A DNA stretch of 64,000 nucleotides from an uncultured Thermoplasmata archaeon (GCA_963768855.1 CAVYJM010000006.1:64001-128000), one strand, 5' to 3'; numbered from the stretch's first letter, positions 9,709 through 21,903 are shown. The notes: generated from the letters alone by a model not told the origin. A program made the numbers and translations.

Positions 9709-10035
9709 ATGGGTCTCTTGGACGGTCTGATCGGAGGCGCGGTGGGCGCCGAAATGATATCCGTTGTCAACGGCTTGATCGAAAAGCACGGCGGCGTTAA
9801 AGGTCTAGTCGCGCAATTCCAGCAACAGGGCCTTGGTCCAACCATACAATCCTGGGTTGGAAACGGCGAAAACCTGCCGATTTCGCCAGAACAGGTGCAT
9901 CAGGCCCTGGGCTCCGATACGGTGCAGCAGCTCGCCGCGAAGCTCGGGATACCGCCCAGCGAACTGGCGGCGAAACTGTCGCAGGTCCTGCCGCAGGCGG
10001 TTGACAAAATGACACCGAATGGAGCGGCTTCATAA
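9709..10035 (+). CDS. YidB/DUF937 family protein
   Basis: MGLLDG...GGVKGLVAQFQQQGLG..IQSWVGNGENLPISPEQV..ALG. Confidence 0.85.
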   Translation: MGLLDGLIGGAVGAEMISVVNGLIEKHGGVKGLVAQFQQQGLGPTIQSWVGNGENLPISPEQVHQALGSDTVQQLAAKLGIPPSELAAKLSQVLPQAVDKMTPNGAAS

Positions 10036-10084
10036 GCCCCCTGCCCGGCGATGCCGCCCACGCCGCGAAATAGGCCGGTGCGCT

Positions 10085-10370
10085 CTATGTACGGAACGGC
10101 TTCCGGCGCCCGTCCCGGACGTGAAGGATCGGCACTTCCTCGCCCGCGATGCGATAGAAGGCGATGTAGGGCGTGCGAGAAATTGGCATACGCCGGACGC
10201 CCGCAGCATTGAGGCGGCGCCCCATTCGCGGGTGCTCGCTCAACTTCTCGATGGATGTAACGATCAGGGACAGCACCGCCTGCGCGGCGGAGGGGTTCTC
10301 ATTTCGAATGTAGGCCGCAATGGCGTGCAAATCGCGGGTGGCGCGAGGCGCCAAAATCACTTTTGGCCAT
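10085..10370 (-). CDS. RelE/ParE family toxin, solitary
   Basis: VILAPRATRDLHAI..YI...NPSAA...EHPRMGR...PYIAFYRI...LHVRDGRR; ATG 10370 needs one homopolymer fix, GTG 10360 is in frame. Confidence 0.85.
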
Positions 10371-10604
10371 CCTATTTATAGAGCCATGAACGAGAAAATC
10401 GCAAACATCCTGAAGCAGGTGTGGGAGTTCCCGTTTGACACTTGAAGCGCGGCCGGCTTTCTTGATCGCCGTCGCCCTCCGCCAAAGCCCCGCCACAGTT
10501 CTCGTGCCTATGCCGTTTTGCCGCCAGCGCGCGGCGTCCCCTCAAGCTGTTGTTGAAACCCTGGCGGCTTCCTTTATAACGCCTCGAAACCCGAGCGCCC
10601 AATA

Positions 10605-13600
10605 ATGCCCAGACGCACAGACATTGACTCCATCCTCATCATAGGGGCTGGCCCGATCGTGATCGGCCAGGCCTGCGAATTCGATTATTCCGGCACGCAA
10701 GCGTGCAAGGCTCTCAAGGCCGAGGGATACCGGATCGTTTTGATCAATTCCAATCCGGCGACGATCATGACCGACCCGGATCTGGCGGACTCGACCTATA
10801 TCGAGCCGATCACGCCGGAAATCGTCGCCAAGGTCATCGAGCGCGAGCGCGCGGCCTTCCCCAACGAGCGCATGGCGCTCTTGCCCACGATGGGCGGGCA
10901 GACCGCGCTCAACACCTCGCTCAAGCTGTTCCATAACGGCACGCTGGAACGTTTCGGCGTCGAGATGATCGGCGCGAAGGCGCACGCCATCGACAAGGCC
11001 GAGGACCGGCTGCTGTTCCGCGAGGCGATGACCAAGATCGGGCTTGCGACGCCGCGCTCGAAGCTTGCGCACAATCTTGTGGAGGCGCAGGAAGCGCTCG
11101 AATATGTGCAACTGCCAGCGATTATCCGGCCGTCCTTTACGCTTGGCGGCACCGGCGGCGGCATCGCCTACAATCGCGAAGAATATATGCACATTGCCGA
11201 GCGCGGCCTCGAAGCCTCGCCCACGACGCAGATTCTGATCGAGGAATCCGTCATCGGCTGGAAAGAATACGAGATGGAGGTTGTCCGCGACACGAAGGAC
11301 AACTGCATCATCGTCTGCTCCATCGAGAACGTCGACCCGATGGGCGTGCATACCGGCGACAGCATCACCGTCGCGCCGGCGCTGACGCTCACCGACCGCG
11401 AATACCAGCTGATGCGCAACGCCTCCATCGCGGTGCTGCGCGAGATCGGCGTGGAGACCGGCGGCTCGAACGTGCAATTCGCGGTGAACCCGAAGGACGG
11501 CAAGCTCGTCGTCATCGAGATGAACCCGCGCGTGTCGCGCTCGTCGGCCCTGGCTTCGAAAGCGACGGGTTTCCCCATCGCCAAGGTGGCGGCCAAGCTC
11601 GCCGTCGGCTACACGCTCGACGAACTCGACAACGACATCACCAAAGGCGCGACGCCCGCGTCCTTCGAGCCCACCATCGACTATGTGGTGACGAAGATCC
11701 CGCGCTTCGCCTTCGAGAAGTTCCCCGGCGCGCCGGTAACGCTGACCACCTCCATGAAATCGGTCGGCGAGGTGATGGCGATTGGCCGCACCTTCGAGGA
11801 AAGCCTGCAGAAAGCGCTGCGCTCGATGGAGACGGGGCTCACGGGGCTCGACGATTATGTGCTGGAAGGGCTCGGCCAGGGCGACGACAAGAACGTGATC
11901 CGTGCCGCGCTCGGCACGCCGTCGCCGGACCGGATTTTGAAGGTGGCCCAGGCGCTGCGGCTCGGCTTCGATCATCGAGCAGATCTATTCCTTCTGCCAC
12001 ATCGATCCGTGGTTCGTCTCGCGGCTGCAGGTCATCGTCGATGCCGAGGCGAAAGTCCGCGCGCATGGCCTCCCGGACACGGAGCGGGCATTCCGCGGGC
12101 TGAAGTCCATGGGCTTCTCGGATGCGAGGCTCGCCACGCTTAGCGGTCTCACCGAAGCCGAAGCGAGGACGAAGCGCCAGAGCCTCGGCGTGCTCCCGGT
12201 CTATAAGCGCATCGATACCTGCGCCGCGGAGTTCCCGTCGCCCACGGCCTATATGTACTCGACTTACGAAGAGCCGCTGGGCGGCAAGGTGAACTGCGAA
12301 GCCAATCCGAGCGACCGCGAAAAGATCGTCATCCTGGGCAGCGGCCCCAACCGCATCGGGCAGGGCATCGAGTTCGATTATTGCTGTTGCCACGCCGCCT
12401 TCTCGCTGTCGAAAGCCGGCTACGAGACCATCATGGTCAACTGCAACCCCGAGACGGTCTCAACGGATTACGACACATCCGACCGGCTTTATTTCGAGCC
12501 GCTGACGTCCGAGGACGTGCTTGCCATCATCGACAAGGAAAGCGCGAACGGCAAGCTCAAGGGCGTAATCGTGCAATTCGGCGGCCAGACGCCGCTCAAG
12601 CTCGCGCAGACGCTCGATGCTCACAACGTGCCCATTCTCGGCACCTCTCCGGACGCCATCGACCTCGCCGAGGACCGGGACCGCTTCAAAGTGCTGGTCG
12701 ACAAGCTCAAACTCCGGCAGCCGAAAAACGGCATCGCCTATTCCATCGAGCAGGCGCTTCTCGCCAGCGAGGAGATCGGCTTCCCAATCGTGGTCAGGCC
12801 CTCCTACGTGCTTGGCGGCCGGGCCATGGCGATCATCCCCGATCAGGCCACGCTGAAGGACTATTTCGACACGACGCTCGCGGCGTTCGTGCCGCAGGAT
12901 CTCCAGCACCGCTTCGCGGGCAACAGGCGCGCGCAGGTCAACGCCGTGCTGGCCAAGAACGCGCTGCTGCTGGATTCCTACGTTCGCGATGCCATCGAAG
13001 CCGACGTGGACGCCATTTGCGACGGCAAGGATGTCTTTATCGCCGGCGTGATGGAGCATATCGAGGAGGCGGGCGTCCATTCGGGCGACAGCGCCTGCTC
13101 GCTTCCGCCTCACTCTCTCTGCGCGGAAACCCTGGCCTTGCTGGAGCGTCAGACCGCTGAAATCGCGCGCGCCCTCAACGTCGTCGGCCTGATGAACGTG
13201 CAATACGCGATCAAGGGCAAGGACGTATACGTGCTGGAGGTCAATCCGCGCGCCAGCCGCACGGTGCCCTTCGTGGCCAAGGTCATCGGCCATCCGGTGG
13301 CGTCCATCGCCGCGCGGGTCATGGCCGGCGAGAAGCTTGCGAGCTTCAACCTGACACGGCGCACGCCCCAGCACGTCGGGGTCAAGGAAGCCGTTTTCCC
13401 GTTCGAGCGCTTTCCCGAGATCGATCCCGTTCTCGGCCCCGAGATGCGGTCGACCGGCGAGGTCATGGGCATCGACCGCAGCTTCGATTTGGCCTTCGCG
13501 AAGAGCCAGCTTGCGAGCGGCAGCCGGCTGCCCACATCGGGAACCTTGTTCGTTTCGGTGAAAGAGGCCGACAAGCCCCGGATCGTCGAGCAGATAAGGG

Positions 13601-13932
13601 ATCTGGCGAGCTTCGGTTTCAAGATACTTGCGACGCGCGGCACCGTTCGTTACCTTGAAGCGAATGGTATTGCATGCACCAAGGTGAACAAGGTGCTTGA
13701 GGGACGGCCCAACATCGTCGACTCCATGAAAAATCGCGAAGTAGATCTCGTTTTCAACACGACTGAAGGCGCGAAGGCGCTCGCCGACAGCTCGACGATC
13801 CGGCGCGCGGCGCTGATCTACAAGATTCCGTACTACACAACGATCGCAGGCGCGCTCGCGGCCACCGAAGCCATCAAAGCAATGCGCGCAGGCATCCTTG
13901 AAGTTCAGCCCCTGCAGAAATATATCGCCTAA
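10605..13932 (+). CDS. carB: Carbamoyl-phosphate synthase large subunit, frameshift near 11990
   Basis: [29 protein letters not shown]; second half [16 protein letters not shown]; C-terminal MGS domain. Confidence 0.97.
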
Positions 13933-14040
13933 AATCTGCGTGCCGGTGCCGGATTCGGCCCCAGGCGCGTAATGCTATTGCGACTTTCGCCAAAAACGCT
14001 TTGTCGAGTCCAGGACGTTATCTGGATCAGGGAGATTTGT

Positions 14041-14521
14041 ATGACCGAGAAAGTGCCGATGACCGCTCAGGGGCATGCAGCGCTTGAGGCCGAGCTTAAA
14101 AGGCTAAGATCGGTCGAGCGCCCGCTCATCATCAAGGCGATCGCGGAGGCCCGGTCCCATGGCGATCTTTCCGAGAACGCCGAGTACCATGCCGCCAAGG
14201 AAGCCCAGGGCATGAACGAGGCGAAAGTCGCGGATTTGGAGGACAAGCTCTCGCGGGCAGAGGTCATCGATATCTCCAAGCTGTCCGGCGACACCGTGAA
14301 GTTCGGCGCCACCGTGACGCTCGTGGACGAGGACACCGAAGAGAAGGTGAAGTACCAGATCGTCGGCGATTTCGAGGCCGATGTCCGGCAGGGACGGATC
14401 TCCATCGGCTCGCCGATCGCCCGCGCGCTTATCGGCAAAAAGGCCGGCGAACTCGGTCGAGGTGAACACGCCCCGCGGCGCGAGGTCCTACGAGATCTTG
14501 AAGGTCGCCTTCAAAGCTTGA
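14041..14521 (+). CDS. greA: Transcription elongation factor GreA (indel near the 3' end)
   Basis: [21 protein letters not shown]; [14 protein letters not shown]; repaired tail [18 protein letters not shown]. Confidence 0.95.
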
Positions 14522-14543
14522 TCGGGAGGGGTGCCGCACTAAC

Positions 14544-14654
14544 GGCGTTACCCCTCACCCTGTCCCTCTCCCCATGGGAGAGGGGACGCCTTCTCAACGA
14601 TTGCGAGCGAGTTCCCTCTCCCTATGGGAGAGGGTTAGGGTGAGGGGTAACGCC
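14544..14654. repeat. REP-like double hairpin
   Basis: GGCGTTACCCCTCACCCT...AGGGTGAGGGGTAACGCC between convergent greA and lrp. Confidence 0.85.
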
Positions 14655-14689
14655 CTTTGCCTATGCCTCATCCCTCTGCCCCCCCAGCT

Positions 14690-15157
14690 TTAGTCCAGCG
14701 GGGCGCCTGGCTCGTGCTTGGCGGTCTTGATCGTGATGGCCGTCTTGACCGAGTTGACGTTCGGCGCGGCCGTCAGTTCACGGATGATGAAGTTCTGAAA
14801 CGTCACGACATCGGGCGCGACGCACTTCAGCAGGAAATCGATATCCCCCGAGAGCATATGGGCCTCGCGGACGATATCCCAGTGGCGCGCCCGCGCTTCG
14901 AATGCCGAAAGGTCTGCCTCGGACTGGCTTTCGAGCTTCACATAAGCGAACGCCGTTAAGTGAAATCCTAGACGGTGCAAGTTGAACGCCGCATGATATC
15001 CGGAAATAACGCCGCAACGTTCCAACTCCCGGACGCGCCGGAGGCATGGCGGCGCGGAAAGGCCCACCCGGTTTGCAAGCTCAACGTTGGTGATGCGGCC
15101 GTTCTTTTGCAGTTCGGTCAGTATTCGCCAATCGGTTGTATCGAGTTTCGCGTTCAC
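14690..15157 (-). CDS. Lrp/AsnC family regulator
   Basis: LDTTDWRILTELQKNGRITNVELANRVGLSAPPCLRRVRELE; divergent from trxB. Confidence 0.92.
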   Translation of the reverse strand: MNAKLDTTDWRILTELQKNGRITNVELANRVGLSAPPCLRRVRELERCGVISGYHAAFNLHRLGFHLTAFAYVKLESQSEADLSAFEARARHWDIVREAHMLSGDIDFLLKCVAPDVVTFQNFIIRELTAAPNVNSVKTAITIKTAKHEPGAPLD

Positions 15158-15400
15158 GTCGTTTGCTGTCCGGGTAAAGGCGCTGCTTACCATAAGGGTA
15201 AACATCTTCTAATATCCGTCTGCAGTAAAATAAAAAATGATTAAGATCAAAAAATGCAAATTATGAAGCATTGTTTCGCCAGGGCCGCAGGGCTGACGGA
15301 GCCCGCGCCTTGAAGCCGCGGCTTAAGCGCTCTTCTTGTAAAAACGGCTTGCAAGCCCACTTGTGCGGTGCAACACAGGGGACGGGGAGAAAAACGCGCC

Positions 15401-16364
<964 letters not shown>

Positions 16365-16391
16365 GCGCGTGCAATCCCGGAGGCAAAAGCC

Positions 16392-17288
16392 GTGACCTTG
16401 GACTGGGACAAGCTGCGGATTTTTCACGCCGCCGCCGAGGCGGGGAGTTTCACCCACGCGGGCGAAACGCTGAGCATCAGCCAGTCCGCGGTCAGCCGTC
16501 ATATTAGCGCGCTTGAACGGGATCTGAACGTTCCCCTGTTTCACAGGCATGCGCGCGGGCTTGTGCTGACGGAGCAGGGCGAGCTGCTTTACAGGACCGC
16601 GCAGGATGTGCTGAGCAAGCTTGCGACAGCGCAAATCCTGCTCGCCGATTCAAGGGGCAAGCCCAGCGGCGAGCTCAAAGTCACGACGACACAGGCGTTC
16701 GGAACGGGCTGGCTCGCGCCGCGCCTCAACGAGTTCATGAAGCTCTATCCGGATATCCAGCTCAACCTCCTGCTCGGCGACGAGACCCTGAGTCTCACCA
16801 TGCGCGAGGCCGATGTCGCGATCTGGTTCGGCGCTCCCACGCAGCAGGACTTGGTGCGCCGGAAGTTGTTCACCGCGCATTATCACATCTATGCTTCGAG
16901 CGAGTATGTGAAGCGGTACGGCAAGCCGAAGTCGGCCGCCGATCTCGACAAGCATCGCATCCTGACTTACGGCGGCCCAGTGCCAAGCCCGTTCAAGGAG
17001 ATGAACTGGCTTGAGACGGCAAACCGCGATGGCAAGGGGCCGCGGGAGCCCGCGCTCAGGATCAATAGCCTGGTGGCACTTCGCGAGGCGGTTGTGCACG
17101 GCATCGGCATCGCGGTCCTGCCGGACTATCTTGCCAAGGACTACCCCGGCCTTATCAACCTCCTGGAGGATATGGAAATGCCGGTATTCGACACATTTTT
17201 CGTATACCCGGAAGACTTGAAAGATACAAAGCGCGTCAATGCCTTCCGCGACTTCCTCGTCGCGAAATCGCGCGAGTGGGCGTTCTAA
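16392..17288 (+). CDS. lsrB: LysR regulator, probable LsrB/VtlR orthologue
   Basis: LDWDKLRIFHAAAEAGSFTHA; lrp-trxB-LysR synteny as in Sinorhizobium lsrB and Brucella vtlR. Confidence 0.75.
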   Translation: MTLDWDKLRIFHAAAEAGSFTHAGETLSISQSAVSRHISALERDLNVPLFHRHARGLVLTEQGELLYRTAQDVLSKLATAQILLADSRGKPSGELKVTTTQAFGTGWLAPRLNEFMKLYPDIQLNLLLGDETLSLTMREADVAIWFGAPTQQDLVRRKLFTAHYHIYASSEYVKRYGKPKSAADLDKHRILTYGGPVPSPFKEMNWLETANRDGKGPREPALRINSLVALREAVVHGIGIAVLPDYLAKDYPGLINLLEDMEMPVFDTFFVYPEDLKDTKRVNAFRDFLVAKSREWAF

Positions 17289-17579
17289 AGCAGCTTTCCA
17301 AGAACCTCGGCCGCGGACCGCCCGGCCCGTGCAGCCGCTAATTGTCTCCGCTTATAATGTGGTGCAATTGCGCAACGGGTGTGATGAATTTGAAGCAAGC
17401 TGCCGTCGCCGCCATTTTCGCGGGGCCAAAACTGTCTACAATCTATTAGTGCTGAGTGATTCGGCCGCAATTCTCATGGCCGAGAAGGATGGCGTGGTGC
17501 GTAGAGCGAGTTTCCCGAGGGGACAGGCTTAAGAGGCGCAATACGCCTCGAAGCCGATGCAGGCTTAACGAGGCGGTCC

Positions 17580-18221
17580 ATGAAGCTCTTTCAAATCATC
17601 GCAAGCGCGCAAGGCAGCCGCGCATTTTCGAACATGGGACAGGCTTTCGGCTTCACCGATGAGCTGATGGCGCAAACCGTGCGGTATTTCATCCCGCCGA
17701 TGGCGAAGGCCATCGAGAAGCGGGCGCAAACTCCAGAAGGTTTGCTGGCGGTCCTGGAGTTTTTGGGTTCGCGTCGCTACGACCGCTTTCTCGACGATCC
17801 GCGCATTTTCGGACACGCGCAGGTCTTGAAGGAAGGCGAGCGGGTGCTCGACTACCTTTTCGTGCGGGAAGCGCGCGTCAAGAAGATCATCGAGAACCGG
17901 GCCAACGTCTTGCAGATCGAGGCGGCGGCGCTGCAAAACATATTGCCCTATATCGCCGTCATGGTGATCGGCGCCATCGAGGTTAAGACCAGGCGTCCGC
18001 TTGGCGTCATCTGGCACCGCATCTCCAAGGGAGCACCCGGCGACCGCGCTCTTGCGAATCCCTATCTCGCTCTCGCGCAGCATCTCAAGAAGCAGGACCG
18101 CGAGCAGAAGGAGCAGCGGCGCCGGCGGTTCTTCTCCTTCCTTGGCGTTGGCGCTGCCCAGACGCCAGAAGTGCGGGATGAACCGGCTCTCGAAGCGCCC
18201 GGGCTTTTTCTGTCCGCCTAA
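17580..18221 (+). CDS. Divergent DUF937-like protein
   Basis: AQG..A..NMGQAFG...PEGLLAVL...YDRFLDDP...GERVLDYLF...ILPYIAVMVIGAI pattern. Confidence 0.5.
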   Translation: MKLFQIIASAQGSRAFSNMGQAFGFTDELMAQTVRYFIPPMAKAIEKRAQTPEGLLAVLEFLGSRRYDRFLDDPRIFGHAQVLKEGERVLDYLFVREARVKKIIENRANVLQIEAAALQNILPYIAVMVIGAIEVKTRRPLGVIWHRISKGAPGDRALANPYLALAQHLKKQDREQKEQRRRRFFSFLGVGAAQTPEVRDEPALEAPGLFLSA

Positions 18222-18231
18222 CACCCCGTTG

Positions 18232-18330
18232 GCGTTATCCCGTGCGCGGTGCGCCGCAGACGCGGGATCGTCGAGAACGCCGATGCCCTTTAAGATCCCG
18301 GATAGCGGCAGGCGGCTTCCGGGATGACGG
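18232..18330. repeat. GTCATCCCG-type palindromic repeat
   Basis: Reverse-complement homologue of 97..193, between convergent genes. Confidence 0.7.
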
Positions 18331-18333
18331 CTC

Positions 18334-19773
18334 CTATTCGGCGTAAGGATTTGCCGCGGCGGCCGGGCTCCATCGGTCGATGACATGCAAAAAGGAGCCG
18401 GTGACGTTGCCGCGGCGCAGGCCGTGCGCGGGCACAGGTTCCCGATCCGCGTTTGTCACGCTTAGCAGCTTTTCGCCTTCCTCGGCGAGCACCGAGGAAT
18501 AGTGAAACTCGTGGCCCGAAACCGTGCCGCCACGCTTCCCTAGAACGCACGAAACCAGAAGTTCCGCCCTCCGGTATCCCAAGTGAAGCTTGCGCGCCGC
18601 GAAGCTGGTCTCAAGCCGGAGAAGCCCCAGCATGGCATGCCGCTCGCCCTTCGCATCGATCAGGCCATCGCCCAGCACCATGTAGCCCCCGCACTCGCCG
18701 TGGACGGGTTTGCTTTCCGCGAATGAGCGCACGCCATTGAGGAAGTTGGTGTTCGAAGCGAGCCGCCCCGCATGAAGCTCGGGATAGCCGCCGGGTAGCC
18801 AAACCGCATCCGCCGAAGCGGACGGCGCCTTGATCCGCAAGCGGCGAGAAGGGCAGAATTCTCCGCCCCCGCCTGTCGCCAGCTTTTCAGGAGATGCGGA
18901 TAAACGAAGGAGAATGCCGCATCTTGGGCAAGCGCGACGCGCTGGCCGGGAGGGGGCGAAGTCCCCCCTCACCCCAGCCCTCTCCCCAAGGGGAGAGGGA
19001 GCCGGCTGCGGCCCTTCGTTTGATGCAGGAGGACAATTCTGGCGTTCCCTCTCCCCCTGGGGAGAAGGACAGGATGAGGGGGTCTTCAGCAACCCCTCAA
19101 TATCTACATGCGCCTCGGCCAGATCCGCCAGCGCATCGAGGCAGGCCGAAAGCCCGCTAAGCTCGCCGGCTTGAACAAGTCCCAGATGCCGCTCGGGCAG
19201 CTTGACGGCCTCATTGCGGGGAATCGCACCGAAAACCCGCATGCCGGTTTCATCGAAGCCGGCGCGTGCCAGGCGTTCGTGGCGAGGGCTGCCCACGCGA
19301 TTCAGGATAACGCCCGCGATTTCGACACCCGGCCGGAAGCCCGCGAAGCCGCGCGCAACCGCCGCCGCTGTCTGCGACTGGCCGGAAATGTCGAGTACCA
19401 GGACAACGGGCAGGCCGGCGAGTGCTGCGATATCGGCGCTCGCTCCATTCCCCCATTGCCCGGCGGAAGCAACGCTGTCGAACAGCCCCATGAGCGCTTC
19501 GATAACAATGAAGTCCGCGCCCTCGGCCTCGCCCAGGAGCGCGAGCGCGGTTTCCTGCCGCATCGCCCAGCTGTCGAGGTTATAGCTTGGACGCCCGCAA
19601 GCCGCCTCGTGAAAGGCCGGATCGATATAGTCCGGGCCGCATTTGAAAGGCTGGACGCAGAGGCCGCGGCGCTTGAGCGCCCGCAAAAGCCCGAGCGTGA
19701 CCATGGTTTTGCCCGAGCCGGAGCGCGGGGCAGCAATAAGAACGCCATGCGGCTTGCTGTGAAAAGGAAACAT
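18334..19773 (-). CDS. cobB: Cobyrinate a,c-diamide synthase with an internal REP insertion and indels
   Basis: IAAPRSGSGKT; FKCGPDYIDP; WLPGGYPELH; GECGGYMVLG; GHEFHYS. Confidence 0.92.
   Translation of the reverse strand: MFPFHSKPHGVLIAAPRSGSGKTMVTLGLLRALKRRGLCVQPFKCGPDYIDPAFHEAACGRPSYNLDSWAMRQETALALLGEAEGADFIVIEALMGLFDSVASAGQWGNGASADIAALAGLPVVLVLDISGQSQTAAAVARGFAGFRPGVEIAGVILNRVGSPRHERLARAGFDETGMRVFGAIPRNEAVKLPERHLGLVQAGELSGLSACLDALADLAEAHVDIEGLLKTPSSCPSPQGERERQNCPPASNEGPQPAPSPLGERAGVRGDFAPSRPARRACPRCGILLRLSASPEKLATGGGGEFCPSRRLRIKAPSASADAVWLPGGYPELHAGRLASNTNFLNGVRSFAESKPVHGECGGYMVLGDGLIDAKGERHAMLGLLRLETSFAARKLHLGYRRAELLVSCVLGKRGGTVSGHEFHYSSVLAEEGEKLLSVTNADREPVPAHGLRRGNVTGSFLHVIDRWSPAAAANPYAE
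18963..19082. repeat. REP-like double hairpin inside the cobB coding sequence
   Basis: CCCCTCACCCCAGCCCTCTCCCCAAGGGGAGAGGG...CCCTCTCCCCCTGGGGAGAAGGACAGGATGAGGGGG. Confidence 0.85.
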
Positions 19774-19790
19774 TGCTCTACATAACGCCT

Positions 19791-20913
19791 ATGAGCGATA
19801 GCGGCAAACCCTCGCATTCCGAACCGGACGCAAAGCCAGGCGCAGCCCTGCGCCGCGGCTGGACGACCGGAACATGCGCTGCCGCCGCGGTGCGCGCCGC
19901 GTGCCAAGCGCTCTTTGGCGGCGGTTTTCCCGATCCAGTTGCCGTGACCCTTCCGAACGGCATGCGCCCAAGCTTCGCGCTTGGTTTGCAGGAAACAGGC
20001 GCCGGCTGGGCGCGCGCTGGCATCGTCAAGGACGCGGGCGACGACCCCGATGTGACGCATGGCGCGCTCATAGTTGCGTGCGTGTCGCGCGGGGCAGCCC
20101 GGAAGCGGCGTCACCTTCAGCGCCGGTCCGGGCGTGGGCACCGTGACGCGCGCCGGCCTTCCCATTCCGCCGGGCGAGCCCGCGATCAATCCCGTGCCGC
20201 GCGCGATGATCCGCGAAGCGGTGCGCGAGGCGGCGGAGCTGTTCGGCGAGCCTGTGGATATCGCTGTGGAAATCTCCATTCCGGGCGGAGAGAAGATCGC
20301 CGAGCGGACGCTGAACGCGCGCCTGGGCGTGATCGGCGGCCTTTCGATCCTCGGCACCACCGGCATCGTCGTCCCCTATTCCTGCGCCGCGTGGATCGAC
20401 ACCATCCATCGCGGCATCGATGTCGCGCGCGCCGCCGGGCTCACCCATATCGCCGGCGCCACGGGCGCGGCCTCGGAGGCGGCGGCCCAGCGCGAGTACG
20501 ATCTGCCGGACATCGCGCTCATCGACATGGGCGGCTTCGTTGGCGGCATGCTCAAATACCTCAAGACGCATCCGGTGCCGCGCGTCACCATCGCGGGCGG
20601 CTTCGCGAAACTATCGAAGCTCGCGGGCGGACGGCTGGATCTGCATTCGAAGCGGGGGCTCGCCGACATTCCGCTGCTTGCGGGCTGGCTGCGCGAGCTG
20701 GGCGCGGATGATGCCACGGTGCAAGAGGCTGAGAAGTCGAAAACCGCGGCTGTCATCCTTGATCTGGCTGAGCGGGCAAACCTGCCGCTGGCGGACCATG
20801 TTGCACGCTTCGCCCTGCTAGAGGCGCGGAAAGTGCTGAACAATCCCAGCATCGCCGCCGATACGCTGATCGTCTCGCGCGACGGCCGGATTATCGGCCG
20901 GGCAGGTGCTTGA
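19791..20913 (+). CDS. cbiD: Cobalt-precorrin-5B C1-methyltransferase, frameshift near 20098
   Basis: LRRGWTTGTCAAAA; KDAGDDPDVTHG; GGLSILGTTGIVVPYSC; DMGGFVGGML. Confidence 0.93.
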
Positions 20914-20955
20914 GCCGGCGTTTCTCCCGTTTCCGACGGTAGAAAAAAAAACGCT

Positions 20956-21243
20956 CTACTGGGCAGCCGAAGGCTCGAAGCTGATCTTGAGGCGGCTACC
21001 GGTAGCTGCGGCGAGACGCTCCAGCGTCCGCGTAGAGGGGAGCACCCGGCCGCTCTCCAGGCGCGCAATGACCGTGCGCGAGGTCCGCATGCGGGTGGCC
21101 AGTTCCTCCTGGGTCAGGCCAGCGCGGAGGCGTGCCTCGATCATTTGACGCGCCAGCTCGAACTCGGTTTCAAGCTCGTCATAAGCCTTGGCGTAATCGT
21201 CATCCTTCAGCCATTTCTCGTGCAGCTCGCTTATCCGGGTCAT
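20956..21243 (-). CDS. HigA-like XRE antitoxin
   Basis: ARQMIEARLRAGLTQEELATRM.TSRTVIARLESG..LPSTRTLER. Confidence 0.9.
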   Translation of the reverse strand: MTRISELHEKWLKDDDYAKAYDELETEFELARQMIEARLRAGLTQEELATRMRTSRTVIARLESGRVLPSTRTLERLAAATGSRLKISFEPSAAQ

Positions 21244-21560
21244 ATCACTCCCTTCGCCCGTTTCAGGGCAAGCTCGATCTCTTGGCGCGGCGTTTTTTGG
21301 GTTTTCTTCACGAATACCCGGACAACCACTACCCTTTTGCCTCGCGCAGTCACATAAAGCGCCCGCGCGATACCTTCTTTCCCCTTAATGCGTATTTCCC
21401 ATAACGGCCCCTCGATATGATCTATATGCGGTCCGCCTACTCGCCCCAAGCCGAGGCTCTCGATCAAGCCGGCGACGCGAACAAAATGCGCCCGCATGTC
21501 AGCTGGCAGCGCCTCTAACTCTGCATCGACGTCAGCGTCCAGGGTTTCGACGATCCACAT
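21240..21560 (-). CDS. HigB/RelE-like toxin (Gp49/DUF891 type)
   Basis: LWEIRIKGKEGIARALYV......VVRVFVKKTQKTPRQEIELA; 4-bp overlap with the antitoxin. Confidence 0.9.
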   Translation of the reverse strand: MWIVETLDADVDAELEALPADMRAHFVRVAGLIESLGLGRVGGPHIDHIEGPLWEIRIKGKEGIARALYVTARGKRVVVVRVFVKKTQKTPRQEIELALKRAKGVI

Positions 21561-21568
21561 GCCATCAT

Positions 21569-21584
21569 GTAGCAAATTTGCTAC
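21569..21584. promoter_or_regulatory. Perfect 16-bp palindrome, probable higBA operator
   Basis: GTAGCAAATTTGCTAC, 9 bp upstream of the toxin ATG. Confidence 0.65.
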
Positions 21585-21650
21585 CCTTTTGCAAATTGGC
21601 GATGCCGTCGCGGAGATTCGAACTCTGCTTGAGCCCGAGCCAGACGCCAT

Positions 21651-21721
21651 CTAGTAGCCCGCACCGGAAGTTCTGCCCCCTATGTTGCGGCGTGCTCAGA
21701 ACTTCCGGCCGGCTGCACTAG
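21651..21721. mobile_element. CTAG-flanked MITE-like inverted repeat
   Basis: CTAGTAGCCCGCACCGGAAGTTCTG...CAGAACTTCCGGCCGGCTGCACTAG. Confidence 0.6.
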
Positions 21722-21903
21722 CCTCAATGAAAGTGGGAATAATTCTGGACACTGTCAGGCACCAAGACGGCCCACGCGTCTCCGTGGCTTCCTTCGGCTA
21801 GACTTGCGCAAGAGGTTGGCGGGCGGGCAATGAAAAAGGTAAACCCCTGGCGGCGCGGGGGTACCGCCAGGGGATGTGGCGCAATGACATTGCGCAACCT
21901 GGG

